Assembly: GCA_963830915.1 (NCBI GenBank)
Contig: CAWHOE010000053.1
Location: forward strand, 32,001-96,000
DNA: 64,000 nucleotides
From: a candidate division FCPU426 bacterium
GTDB lineage: Bacteria > Oederibacteriota > Muellerivitia > Muellerivitales > Muellerivitaceae
Reading direction: 5' to 3'
Each line of letters begins with the position of its first letter. Positions within the stretch are counted from its first letter, which is position 1. The notes beneath the pieces were generated by a model that was not told the DNA's origin, ran no database searches, and saw only the letters and a list, made by a program, of their open reading frames with translations. Made by a program: the position numbers and the translations under genes. Shown in pieces: positions 30,201-40,400 of this stretch.

Positions 30201-30610
30201 CATTTACACCAACCGCGACCCATACATTTACCTGGACCTTTACAGCCACTCAAACCAACAGTCCGACCCTTTCCCCAACCTTTACCACAACCTTCAGCCC
30301 GACCTTTACGTCCAGCGATACCCCGGTGCCACAATCGGTCCCAGTGATCTATCCCAACCCCGCGGATGGAACCAAACCAGTTATGGTCCGACCGCCTTAC
30401 TATTACGGTTCCTCGAATGTCAAGGTCCAGCTCTTCACCCTTGGCTTCCGGAAAGTAGCTGAAATTACCGCTAAGAACATACCTTGGGGAACAGATGTTC
30501 CTTTGGACCTGGTCGACCGCTGGAATAAAACCCTGGCCAACGGTTTGTATTATGTTTTGGTGACCACCTCCAACGGTCGGACCATCGGGAAACTACTCCT
30601 CCTTAGGTAA
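27287..30610 (+). CDS. Secreted GH5 glycoside hydrolase + CBM11-like domain + ~370-aa Thr-rich linker + YPNP C-terminal domain
   Basis: LRGVNVSGLE, IRLPL, ILDLHW, LYNEP (acid/base), HIY, MIGEFG (nucleophile); second domain NGKWFTF...DLSWVTNVSFYIK...WWIDNV. Confidence 0.9.
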   Translation: MGISISKNYLGSEKRFFDRFFYILSTIRTILLCLSVACLFFLTTPYLALADPPMLKISGNQIVNASTSCTVRLRGVNVSGLEHGVDNAAVGGVTATAAYCISNWKCNYIRLPLDQDRWFFFPYSYRTLVDSVVNLCSANNCYVILDLHWSGTASAASTPPYGTGWGTATAVNNNGNVLDMPDSNSTTFWSDVANRYKNNPAVLFDLYNEPHDVSAGVWKTGGSGNFGYTPGFQNLLTSVRATGANNICIVGGLQWAYDFTGLLPGSALTDTGNGVLYDGHIYASKGESTASWDAYITNFANNYAFMIGEFGPGPSSGSMSDGGTFDNVFIPWANGSNQRSYVYSATAWSMDVAPDDPPLLTSWTGFAPTSYHGTQVMNWLATANTSCAPALGGPTYTPTPVPTQGNCFMLSDLENGSKTTPYAVNALNGKWFTFRWTTDGNGNPLTPTHSTVMCPDTQSACPAILDNTTSVSPGSYSAYVSGSYDLNGTSTPATYSGFGLATEFPPGYTDLSWVTNVSFYIKTTVAPVTLRLQASNPQINQQPVTWNGTVYPGGGNGNQYGFNFVVTQPNVWTYITRPLSAFEWQDWGEGGGSSPINGPKNSSGTLITQPTAFSDVLSFQWETQDGPTTVAWWIDNVCLSGSPYPITPTPSAVPSTSTFTPTPTPTFTSTRTNSPTNTATSTYTKTGTPTPTPTFTVPLTPTPTNTATSTSSPSSTATSTNTMTHTPTSTSTSTSTLGNTSTYTMTVTPTSTLQFTSTNSFTSTPTSSPTQTSTNSRTNTTTPTSTPTSTRTSTLTPTPSNTSTPTPANTNTFTSTGTSTPTFQFSPTSSDTPTITFSPTLTLTPTNSRTSTSTPTFSPSSTSTSTATYTSTPVDTSTPTSTSTFTRTGTPTSTSSLTPTRSSTMTATWTLSATSTGTATPTLSPTLTLSPTSTYSPTNTFTLTFTSTSTLSPTYTSTPTHTFTYTPTLSPTFTPTATHTFTWTFTATQTNSPTLSPTFTTTFSPTFTSSDTPVPQSVPVIYPNPADGTKPVMVRPPYYYGSSNVKVQLFTLGFRKVAEITAKNIPWGTDVPLDLVDRWNKTLANGLYYVLVTTSNGRTIGKLLLLR

Positions 30611-30668
30611 TAAGTTTTTTCAATAAGCGCAACCTACTCTTTCTCCCTTTTCTGCCGTTAGGAATGCC

Positions 30669-32927
30669 ATGTTATCGTCCCGCTCCCTGACCGTTCTGGC
30701 CCTATTTTCTCTTTTCACGGTTCATCGTGCCTTTGCCGGGATCGCCAACCAAGGCACTGAGTTTTGGGTCACCTTTCCACAGGGTATCAGCGCGACCGAT
30801 CTACAATTATTCATCACGAGTGAACCTGGAGCCTCTGTCACCGCACAAGCCCCGGGCTTTAATACCACCGCGTCCCTGGCTCCCAACGGAGCAGCCACCG
30901 TTCTTGTCCCCTCCAGCCTCCAAGACACAATGACCGATGGGATCCAATCCATTGGCATTCACGTGACTGCGTCCGACAAGATCTCTCTTTACGGCTTCAA
31001 TTACACCGCTCAGGCTTCCGACGGGTACCTGGCCCTGCCGGTGGAGGCTCTGGGGACCAGCTACCTCGTATCCTCCTATTACAACCAGACCTACCAAGGG
31101 GAAAACGAGTTGGGAAGCGAATTCGACGTGGTGGCCACACAGGATTGCACCCATCTGCTCATCACTCCCCGCATAGCCGTGGGAAGCCATCCAGCCAACA
31201 TTACCTATGGGGTGTCGTTGGACCAGGGCCAGGTCTATCAGCTTCAAGACAACATGATCGATGACGACCTCACTGGCACCCTGGTGATTTCAGATAACCC
31301 AGTGGCGGTCATAGGCGGACACCTCTGCGATTATGTCCCTCTCTATACCCCTTCTTGTAATTTCCTGGTGGAGGAGTTCTGGCCCCTGCAATGGTGGGGC
31401 ACGCGTTTTGTCACTATGCCCCTTTACTCCCGGTCGAACGGGGATACTTTCCGAGTCTTGGCCTCGGCCAACGATACCGGAGTGACCATGAATGGTTCCC
31501 TGGTAAGCATACTGAACCAGGGCAAGTTCTACGAAACCATTTCCAACGTGCCCCTCTATATCACCGCCAATAACCCGATCTATGTGGTCCAGTACGCCAA
31601 TGGACAAACCTGGGACAGCGACGCCAACGCCGATCCCACCATGATCTCCATCCCGCCATTGAACGAGTTCGCCAGCGACTACCTGGTGGCCAATGAGTCC
31701 CTAAATTTTACGGGCAATTATGAGAACATCGTAGCCCCCACCACCGCCGTGGCTTCCATCACTATCGACGGCACGAATTTTCCCTCCGCCGATTGGACCG
31801 CCATCGGATCTAGCGGATATTCCGGCATCCAGCTTTCTTTTTCCCCAGGGGCCCAGTATTCGACCGGTCCCGTCCCCTTTGGTGTGATAGCTTATGGTTT
31901 CGGTTCCGCGGACGCCTACGGCTACCCCGGCGGAGTCTCCTTCACCAGTAATACCCCTGTCCCCACCAATACTCCAGGCGCTCCCTGTTACACTCTCACC
32001 CCCACCCCTACGCCGACCAATTCCGCCACTCCAACCCTCACTTTTACGCCAACCTCGAGCAATACCAGGACTCTTACTCCCTCCCCAACCGCGACCAATA
32101 CCCCCACCTCAACCATGACATGGACTGCCAGTTCAACCTCAACCCCCTCCATGACCCCAACACCCTCCGCAACCAATAGTTCGACCAACTCCATGACCAT
32201 CACACCCACTCCCACGACCGCATCGTCCAGTAGCGCGACGATGACAATCTCCCAGACCCCTAGCCCAACATTAACTCCGACTGGGACTGCCAGCCCAACT
32301 CCTACCGTCACTCCCACCACGACGCCCACTTTAACATCCACCGTTTCACCAACCCCGACGAACTCCCAGTCGTCCACCTCAACCTCTTCGAATACGTTCA
32401 CTCCAACAAGTTCACCCACATTACCCCTAACGAATACCGCCACAAAAACCCGCACTCCAACCTGGACATCCACCCCTTCTCGGTCCCCAACACCCACAAT
32501 GTCGAGTACCCCGACAAGCTCCATGACCACTACCCTCACCCCAAATACGACTAACTCTTCCACCCCGACGGCATTGATCTCATTAACCGCCACCCAGACC
32601 CCAACGGAAACTTGTACGATCACCCAAACGGTCTTGATCGCCGCGACCTGGAATACCTGCCCCATCGAGGTATGGCCGAATCCCTTCGACCCGCCGCGAG
32701 CTGTTGGGGAAGTTCTGAAGGTCTCCTGCCTGCCCCCTGGCGCTACTGTCGACTTCTACACTGTTTCAGGCGAAAAGGTCTGCCACGTCACGGAATATGA
32801 CGGTCTAGCCCTTTGGGCAGGGGTGAACCTCTACGGCTCGCCCTGCTCGGATGGGATTTATTATTACTTGATCCTCTCGGGTGGGAACGTTCTCAAAGAA
32901 GGAAAGATACTTTTAGTTCGTTATTGA
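30669..32927 (+). CDS. Secreted IgGFc-binding-protein-type domain + Thr/Pro linker + WPNP C-terminal domain
   Basis: GTEFWVTF, SDGYLALPVEALGTSY, LTGTLVISDNPVAVIGGH, DPTMISIPP, AYGYPGG. Confidence 0.85.
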   Translation: MLSSRSLTVLALFSLFTVHRAFAGIANQGTEFWVTFPQGISATDLQLFITSEPGASVTAQAPGFNTTASLAPNGAATVLVPSSLQDTMTDGIQSIGIHVTASDKISLYGFNYTAQASDGYLALPVEALGTSYLVSSYYNQTYQGENELGSEFDVVATQDCTHLLITPRIAVGSHPANITYGVSLDQGQVYQLQDNMIDDDLTGTLVISDNPVAVIGGHLCDYVPLYTPSCNFLVEEFWPLQWWGTRFVTMPLYSRSNGDTFRVLASANDTGVTMNGSLVSILNQGKFYETISNVPLYITANNPIYVVQYANGQTWDSDANADPTMISIPPLNEFASDYLVANESLNFTGNYENIVAPTTAVASITIDGTNFPSADWTAIGSSGYSGIQLSFSPGAQYSTGPVPFGVIAYGFGSADAYGYPGGVSFTSNTPVPTNTPGAPCYTLTPTPTPTNSATPTLTFTPTSSNTRTLTPSPTATNTPTSTMTWTASSTSTPSMTPTPSATNSSTNSMTITPTPTTASSSSATMTISQTPSPTLTPTGTASPTPTVTPTTTPTLTSTVSPTPTNSQSSTSTSSNTFTPTSSPTLPLTNTATKTRTPTWTSTPSRSPTPTMSSTPTSSMTTTLTPNTTNSSTPTALISLTATQTPTETCTITQTVLIAATWNTCPIEVWPNPFDPPRAVGEVLKVSCLPPGATVDFYTVSGEKVCHVTEYDGLALWAGVNLYGSPCSDGIYYYLILSGGNVLKEGKILLVRY

Positions 32928-33063
32928 ACGTTGGTCGATAAAAACAGGGTTTAACCTTTCATCGAAAATATTGAAAACCCTTTCATGATTATTGTGTTGT
33001 TTAGACCTGCCACTATCCCCCAATATAACCGCTGTTCATGACAACTTTTTTCAGGAGTCCTTC

Positions 33064-34011
33064 ATGCAAACCCGCAAACTCGGCACTTCCGATCTGAACA
33101 TCACGTCCATTGGCATCGGCACTTGGGCCATCGGCGGGCCCGATGGTAATTACAATTGGGGTCCACAGAATGACCATGATTCCATCGCCGCCATCCACAA
33201 GGCCATTGACCTGGGCATCAATTGGGTCGACACGGCCCCAGCCTATGGAAAGGGACATTCGGAAGAAGTTGTAGGTAAAGCCTTGAAGGGTCTTTCCAAG
33301 AAACCCTATATCTTTACTAAGAATTCGCTGGTTTGGGGTGAGGCCAGGATCATCCGCAATAGCCTCAAGAAGGAGTCCATCCAAAAGGAATGTGAGGACA
33401 GCCTTCGGCGCCTTGGCGTGGAGGCCCTGGATTTGTGGCAGATCCATTGGCCCAATCCTGACCGGGATATCGAGGAAGGCTGGGCTGAAATGGCCAAACT
33501 CCAGAAAGCGGGCAAGGTTCGATGGTTAGGGGTATCCAATTTCAGTCCTTCCCAAATGGACCGCGCCAAAGCCATCGCCCCCATCGTTTCCCTCCAACCG
33601 CCTTACTCGGCCATCCGCCGGGATATCGAGAAGGACATCCTTCCTTATTGCGCCAAGGAGAATATCGGCGTCATCGTTTATTCACCCATGCAGGCGGGCC
33701 TTTTAAGCGGACGAATGACGAAGGAAAGGATCAAGAACCTGCCAGAAGGTGATTGGCGGGGCCGGGACTCAAACTTCCAAGAGCCGAAATTGACAAATAA
33801 CCTGGCCCTTCAGGAAGCCTTCGCAAAGATCGCCAAGCATCACAATCATCAGGCGGGCGTGGCGGCTTTGGCCTGGGTCTTAAGGAAAAGTGAGGTGACT
33901 GGAGCTATTGTGGGTGTTCGCGACGCCAAGCAGGTGGAGGAACTAGCCCCAGCGCTTGAATTCCGTCTTAAATCGGATGAATTGAGTGAGATCGAAGGGT
34001 TTCTTTCATAA
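33064..34011 (+). CDS. Aldo/keto reductase
   Basis: SD CAGGAG + ATG 33064; GIGTWAIGG, DTAPAYG, IHWP, YSPMQAGLL. Confidence 0.95.
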   Translation: MQTRKLGTSDLNITSIGIGTWAIGGPDGNYNWGPQNDHDSIAAIHKAIDLGINWVDTAPAYGKGHSEEVVGKALKGLSKKPYIFTKNSLVWGEARIIRNSLKKESIQKECEDSLRRLGVEALDLWQIHWPNPDRDIEEGWAEMAKLQKAGKVRWLGVSNFSPSQMDRAKAIAPIVSLQPPYSAIRRDIEKDILPYCAKENIGVIVYSPMQAGLLSGRMTKERIKNLPEGDWRGRDSNFQEPKLTNNLALQEAFAKIAKHHNHQAGVAALAWVLRKSEVTGAIVGVRDAKQVEELAPALEFRLKSDELSEIEGFLS

Positions 34012-34294
34012 CAAAAACTCGTGTCCTGGTCAGAAGATAATTTATGACACTCAGTTTTTGAACGGGTAATTTTCTTTTTTTAGGTGAGGGCGAAACCTGC
34101 TTCGCACCTCTATTGGCCGTTCCGGCGATCTTGCGGCCACCCCTGGTTTTCTTGGTATGGCGGCCCATGGCATGGTCTTTTTCGTAATCCTGGAGCATCT
34201 GGGGTTTAACTATTCCATTGGTCGTTTGAGCCAAAGCCATCGGGCCTAAAGACATAACCATCAGCGTTAGCACCCCCAACAGTATCTTTTTCAT
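33968..34294 (-). CDS. Small exported basic hypothetical protein (3' end uncertain)
   Basis: SD-like GGAGA + ATG 34294; signal peptide MKKILLGVLTLMVMSLGPMALA; tail overlaps the convergent gene. Confidence 0.5.
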   Translation of the reverse strand: MKKILLGVLTLMVMSLGPMALAQTTNGIVKPQMLQDYEKDHAMGRHTKKTRGGRKIAGTANRGAKQVSPSPKKRKLPVQKLSVINYLLTRTRVFVMKETLRSHSIHPI

Positions 34295-34346
34295 GTTTTC
34301 ATCTCCCGGGATGGGTTTACGTGCCATCCGTTCTTTGGTTTGAACA

Positions 34347-35999
34347 TCAATTCACGGTGCATCCATCGCCCGTAAGCGTCGCTTCCTCGGTCGGCACATT
34401 GCTATTCCCAAGTGGATTGCCGGTTTTAACAGAGATAGTCGCGTGATTGGTTCCAAGCCCCGTGTTGCTGACAAGAGCCGCCAAATCCTGGATCAGGTTG
34501 TATTCCAGGCCCAGGTCGGTCAGATTCGTCAAGCCGGTCAAGGGCGTGAGATCAACGATCTGGTTGGTAGCGAGATCAAGATAGGTCAATGCCGTCAATC
34601 CGGACAAGGGAGCGAGGTTACTGATCTGGTTGTCATAGAGATCCAGGTCGGTCAACAGGGTCATCCCGGACAGGGGAGCGATATTGCTGATCTGGTTTTC
34701 ATAAAGAAAAAGGGTATTCAATTGCGTCATCCCGGACAGGGGTGTGATGTCGCTGATCTGGTTGTTGTCCAGTATCAATATTTGCATTTGCGTCATGTTG
34801 GTCAAGGGCGTGAGGTCACTGATCTTGGTAGAATCAAGCCAAAGCATGGTCATCTGCGTCATCCCCGAAAGGATGGAGAAGTCGCTTATCTGATTATCAC
34901 TAAGATATAAACGACTCATGAGCGTCATCCCGGACAGGGCCGCGATGGAGGTGATCTGGTCGTTGTTAAGGGAAAGTTCGGTCAGTAATGTCATGTTCGT
35001 TAAGGGAGTGATATCACTGATCGGGTTGTGGTTTAGACCTAGATCGGTTAATTTCGTCAAACCGGCCAGGGCTGTGATGGTGGAAATATTGTTTCCGTTG
35101 AGGTCCAAATCGCTCAAATGCGTCAACCCGGCCAGAAATGAGACATCGCTGATCTGGTTGGAAGCTAGGGATAAAAGGTTCAGTTGGGTCATGCCTGACA
35201 AAGGCGAAATATTGTTGATTTGGTTGTTATCGATCTCCAGCCATTGCATTTGGGTCATCCCGGTCAGGGCCGTGATATCGCTGATCTGGTTGTTATCCAG
35301 TTCCAGATAGTTCAATTGCGTCAGCCCGGATAGGGGCTCGAGATAGCTGATCTGGTTTTTATAAAGATCCAAGGAGGTTAACCCGGTGAGATTGCTGAGG
35401 GGGGTGAGGTCGGTAATATCGTTCGATTCCAGTTCCAGCGTGGTCAAGGCGGTGCAATATTCCAGGCCTTCCAAGCTAGTTATGTTAACGCTGTTGGCGG
35501 TCAAACTAGTGATGGTAGCCATGTCGCAAGAAGTGATGGTGTCCGCTACGCTCGCGATGATATGGTTTGTGATCAACACGCTTTGAACGGCCGCTAAAAG
35601 GTTGGGGTCCGGGATATTCACCGCGGCCGAGGTACAGGTGCCCACCGGGGTTATCGTCGCGGTCAAGGTGTTCGTGGCCGTAGATGTCGAGGTGCATGTG
35701 CTGGTGCTGGTATTCGTGCGGGTATTGGTCGGGGTAAAGGTGGCTGTCGGTGTTTCCGTATTGGTGGGAGTACTGGTAATGGTTGGTGTGCAGGTTTTGG
35801 TGGGTGTATAAGTGATCGTCGGGGTAAAGGTGATCGTGGGCGTCAGGGTGATGGTCGGGGAGTTGGTGGGCGCGAACACCGCCACAGGCGAGGCGGGGTT
35901 TTGGTTCCCTGAACCACAAGAAGTCACGATGGCAAGGACCGGAATCAGCGAAGCGAAGGATAAAACCAGGTTGAGCGTTCCAAAAGAGCGAGATCTCAT
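34347..35999 (-). CDS. Lipoprotein with Thr/Pro stalk and about 16 internalin-type 22-aa leucine-rich repeats
   Basis: Lipobox VTSC; T-x-T stalk; cap VNIPDPNL; repeats T.L..L.L..NQISDI.PLSGM. Confidence 0.9.
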   Translation of the reverse strand: MRSRSFGTLNLVLSFASLIPVLAIVTSCGSGNQNPASPVAVFAPTNSPTITLTPTITFTPTITYTPTKTCTPTITSTPTNTETPTATFTPTNTRTNTSTSTCTSTSTATNTLTATITPVGTCTSAAVNIPDPNLLAAVQSVLITNHIIASVADTITSCDMATITSLTANSVNITSLEGLEYCTALTTLELESNDITDLTPLSNLTGLTSLDLYKNQISYLEPLSGLTQLNYLELDNNQISDITALTGMTQMQWLEIDNNQINNISPLSGMTQLNLLSLASNQISDVSFLAGLTHLSDLDLNGNNISTITALAGLTKLTDLGLNHNPISDITPLTNMTLLTELSLNNDQITSIAALSGMTLMSRLYLSDNQISDFSILSGMTQMTMLWLDSTKISDLTPLTNMTQMQILILDNNQISDITPLSGMTQLNTLFLYENQISNIAPLSGMTLLTDLDLYDNQISNLAPLSGLTALTYLDLATNQIVDLTPLTGLTNLTDLGLEYNLIQDLAALVSNTGLGTNHATISVKTGNPLGNSNVPTEEATLTGDGCTVN

Positions 36000-36132
36000 A
36001 AAAACGCCTCTCGGCCCAATGACTCTCCCCGGATCATTAAAGGCGGCTCGAATTTAAACGGACATTAAAAGTTTACCACGGTCTCTTAAAACCACTAAAA
36101 AATCCAAAAACCCGCTTCATCGGCCCAACCCA

Positions 36133-37311
36133 TCACAACCCGAAGCGAACCCCCGCCAATATCGGAACGTCCTGCCCAGTAACGTTTGAAAAGAATATAA
36201 GATTGTATCTTCCCTCGATTAAAACATAGATCCTATCCGCAACTGGGACCTCCACTCCTGCCCCTATGACCGCATCCAGGTTCTGGATGGTCGTACTGCC
36301 GGGAGCCGAGGATAGGATCTCCAGGTCGCCTCCGACACCAACCGATAGATAGGGCCGGAATCCCGGTCCATTGAAACTGTAACGGACAGAGGGCAGAACG
36401 AGAACCGCGATATCGGAGATGGAACCCGAATAATTGGTCCCAGAGAAGTAAAAACTTTCCGCGTCCAGTTGGACCGACAATGACTTGTTGATTTCATAAC
36501 CAACGCCAATACTCCCTCCCGGGCCCCGATTGTAGGCGGGTTGCCAATTCTTGACCGGCAGGTCTATCCCGCCCCCAGCCACCAGATAGAAGGGGCTTGG
36601 TGGATTTTCTTCTTCCGATTTCGAGCCCTCCGAATCGTTGGGCGTCTCCGCCGCGGAAACGGCCTGGTTCTCGGCAAGCTGGCTGGGGAATACGGCCTCC
36701 ACAGCTTTGGTCGGCGGTCCTTCCAGCCCGTCCTTCGACAACGCCGTCAGGATAAATCGATATGTCTTGTCCCTCTTGACCTTGCCCAGAAACACCTGGT
36801 TATCGGTCAGCGGTGCGGCGGAAAGTTTCCGCGAAGGTTTACCGGTGTCATCGGCCAAATAGAGATTGAAACCTGATACTAAAGCCGGGTCGGCTTTGTC
36901 CCAGGTCAATTGGATACCAGTATCCGTCGCTTCCGCCCTGAAACCCTGGGGCGTTGAAAACGCGGAGGCTTTCTCGGTCACAGTCAAGCTGTTCATGGGG
37001 CTTTCCACACCCGAGGGATCGACCGTTGATACCGCAAATTGATATTCCTCCCCTGTCCGCAAATGTTTCAATTTGACCGAGGTTTCTGTAATAGGTTGGG
37101 ACGTGATCAGGACAAAATCATTTGTGCCCGGGCGCTTAACATAAACGTTGTAACCTTTGATATTCGAGAGTGTGGACGCGTCCCAGCTTAAAAGCAAACC
37201 ATCTGCCGTGAAGCTGGACTGGAAATTGGCGGGAGCGGGTGTTTGGGCTTTGGTAAAGGTGGGCAGGCTGAAGAGAAGGATGCCAAAGATCAGATACCGC
37301 ATGGGGTTCAT
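36133..37311 (-). CDS. Two fibronectin type III domains fused to a C-terminal outer-membrane beta-barrel
   Basis: Two copies of L.WD...GYNVY...Y.F...AV...G.E; then PYLSVGVG, GAGVEV, EGRY and terminal AGVRFGL. Confidence 0.8.
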   Translation of the reverse strand: MNPMRYLIFGILLFSLPTFTKAQTPAPANFQSSFTADGLLLSWDASTLSNIKGYNVYVKRPGTNDFVLITSQPITETSVKLKHLRTGEEYQFAVSTVDPSGVESPMNSLTVTEKASAFSTPQGFRAEATDTGIQLTWDKADPALVSGFNLYLADDTGKPSRKLSAAPLTDNQVFLGKVKRDKTYRFILTALSKDGLEGPPTKAVEAVFPSQLAENQAVSAAETPNDSEGSKSEEENPPSPFYLVAGGGIDLPVKNWQPAYNRGPGGSIGVGYEINKSLSVQLDAESFYFSGTNYSGSISDIAVLVLPSVRYSFNGPGFRPYLSVGVGGDLEILSSAPGSTTIQNLDAVIGAGVEVPVADRIYVLIEGRYNLIFFSNVTGQDVPILAGVRFGL

Positions 37312-37437
37312 TATCAATCTCCCATACCGAGATTTATTCCAGCTGAAAAATAAAAAACCGGATCCGATTAGACGATTGAAACGCTTTATGCCACCATGAT
37401 AAGCGTTTCAGGTTTGTCTTTCAGCCCAATTCTTCGC

Positions 37438-40400
37438 CTATCTCAAGACCAACAATTTACTGATAGATCGGCCCTGACTAGTGTTGACCACAACATAATA
37501 TATTCCATTGGAAAGGGGTTTGCCCCATCGGTCATTCAGAGAAAGAGGGATATCGGCTCCTGGCGAAACTTTCGTATAGATCGTTTCCTGCGCTTTCCTG
37601 AACGCCAGGGTGAAAAGCTGAATCTTCACGGTCGAGATACCCAGAAAAGCCGGCAACCTGATCTTGACCGGGACGGTGCCATCGACGGGGTTGGGATAAA
37701 TGACTGGCACGGTCAGGGGCACGGGAGTCAAGGTCAATGTGACCGTGGGGCTGTAGGTGAGAGTAAGGGTATTGGTCGGAACTCCCGTAGCAGTGTCAGT
37801 GAATGTGTTAGTGCAGGTGGGAGAATTAGTGTAAGTAAAGGTCGTTGTCGGGGACAAAGTCACCGTGGGGGTCAACGTATAGGTCGAAGTGTAAGTAAGG
37901 GTCGGACTGTTCGTTAACGTGCAAGTATCAGTCGCGGATGGTGAGTTGGTTGGGGTGAACGAGGGTGTGGGGGAAAGGGACGGGGTCGCTGTCAGGGTCA
38001 GAGTGGACGTAAAACTGCTGGTCTCGCTATTGGTAGCGGTGAAAGTATCGGTGATCGTGGCGGAATTGGTCGGGGACAAGGTTTGGGTCGGGGTCTTGGA
38101 CGGCGTCGGAGTGAACGACTGGGCGGGCGTCATGGTATCGGTCGGTGTCAAAGTCGGTGTGGCGGAATTGGTAGGTGTGGAGGTAATGGGCAGAGTAAAT
38201 GTGCTGGAAGTGGTCATTGTGTTCGTTGGTGTGAAAGTGGCGGTAAATGTTGCCGTATTGGTAGGGGTCAAGGATGGTGTAAATGTGGGCGTTCCCGTAA
38301 AAGTTTTCGTGGTCGTCGGAGTCGGCGTCGATGTGGGTGCCCCGGTGGTGGCGGTCGGCGTAGGTGTTGATGTTGTATTCGGCAACATCCAAACCCCGCC
38401 CCCAAAAGTTCCGACATACATCGCGTTATTCCCGAAGTTGACATGCTGTATGGAACTGAAGGGGACGGTGGTCACCCTGTTCCATGTATTGCCGTCATCG
38501 GCAGACTTGAAAAAACCCTGGTTCTCGGTCCCGTAATAGACGGTATTGGGATTATTGGGGTCAATGCTTGGGGCGTATCCATAGGGTGTATGGCCGGGAG
38601 GCATGGCCATGAGGATCCAACCGGTTCCCCCGTTGGTCGTGCGGTAACACCCTCCCTGCTGTTGATTGGCCAAGGCCGTACCCCAAACATCCTGGGCCGC
38701 GACAAAGATAGTCGCTGGGTTGGAGGGGTTTACGTCGAAATCCGTGGGGTAATAAAGGGGCACTCCGCCGGTCACGTTGGTGGCCAAGTTGCCCCAGGTG
38801 ACCCCTCCGTTTCCGGAAACGAAGATCCCGCCCGGGTTGGCGAAACCTGATTTGCCCGATAGAAGACAGTAGAGGTTGCTTCCGATCAGTTTCAGGGAAT
38901 ACACGTTCTTGTTCGTCCCTATTACTGGCTGGGTGGCGCAGGCGGTCCAGTTATTCCCCGTGGTGTCCGATTTATAGACCCCCTGCCCCCACATAGCCAC
39001 GTAGAAGATATTGTTCACCGGGTCGTAAACAATGGAAGTGGCAGGCGAGGAAGGCAGGCCGGTGGCCGACTTGGTCCAGGTGCCGCCGTAATTGGTGCTC
39101 TTGATCACGCCACCTACCCCAGTCTTGCCCAATGGATTGGAATGGTCCAGGTCATGAAGGCTGGAGACCGCCGCGAAGACCGTGCCAGCAGTCGTATTGA
39201 AGGCCACGTGGTAGAAGGTTTCGGTCCAGTTTGAGGGGAAGGAACCGTCGTTACGCCTAGCCGTGTTATGCCAGGTCGTTCCCGTGTCCGAGGAATAGCA
39301 AAAGCCGATATCCGAAGCGCAGATGTAATTATAGTTGGGCGTGTTCGGGTCGAAAGCGTACTGGAAAACACTGGTGACCTCCAGACCCCGCGAGGACCAG
39401 GCCTGGCCCTGGGAGGGCGGCGGCGTCCCTGCGAAAGTGGAATAGGCCTCCGTCCAGCTCACGCCCGCCGTGTCGCTCTTGAAGGTTTCTCCCAGGTCGC
39501 TGAACATCACCTGGCTGGAATTAGCGGGGTTCACTCCCAGCCCATCCACTGGCGAGCCCCATCCAGAAAAACTCAGATCAAAGTCGACCCATCCGTCAAA
39601 GAGATTGGCCACGGGCGAGACATCCGTAAATACCTTGGCCCAGGCGCCGCCCCCGTTCACGGTCTGCCAAACGTCCCGATTGGAACTGTTCGTGGCGTAG
39701 GCGGTGTTGATGTCGTTGTCCGAGCTGGCCACCATGGCGAAGGTATCGGCGGAACTGGATAGGGCCCAGGCCGAGGCGTTGGTGGATGTATAGATATGGT
39801 TGTTGTTCCCGTCGATGGCGAAAAGATTGGTTCCTCCGGCCGCGCCGGTGCTGGCTCCCGCGAAACTCAGAACGTTAGCCGGGGTAGACAATCCGGTGTT
39901 GGCGGCGGCCCAGGTATTGCCCCCGTCGGTGGATTTGAAAACCCCGGCGGAAGTTCCCACGTAGCAGACGCGGGTAGCCACCGGGCTGGATTGGTCCACC
40001 ATGAAACCGCTCACGTAACCGGAGGTACCGGTTGTCGCTAAGAAGCTAGTGCCACCGTTGATACTTCGCCAGACGCCGTTATCCGTCCCGATCAGGATGA
40101 AGTTGGGGTTTCCCCTGTCCAGGTAAATGAGCGTGATGCGTCCGCCGGTGTTTCCCCAGGTTGGCCAGGGTCCCGGATTAGCCCCGGAAACGATGGACCA
40201 GGTCAGTCCCCCGTCGTTGCTGACTAGAAGGTTGGGGCTATTGAGCTGGGTGTCCTGCTGGGCCCCAAAACCGTAAACGATATTAGCGTTGGTGGGATGG
40301 AAGGCCATGGGGCACATCACCCCATCGTTGTAGCTGTAGTCCACCGCGGTGCTGATCTGGTAGAAATCCAGCATGTTCCAGGTATTTCCACCGTCCGCGC

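Noticed and set aside
34480..35520. 66-bp periodic DNA resembling an array
   Set aside because: It is the coding periodicity of 22-aa LRRs; there are no identical repeats with unique spacers and no cas genes, so it is not CRISPR.
29512..38536. Val/Gly-rich ORFs (e.g. 29512-29877, 31988-32665, 37919-38536)
   Set aside because: Antisense shadows of the Thr/Pro linkers (ACN/CCN codons read backwards); not independent genes.
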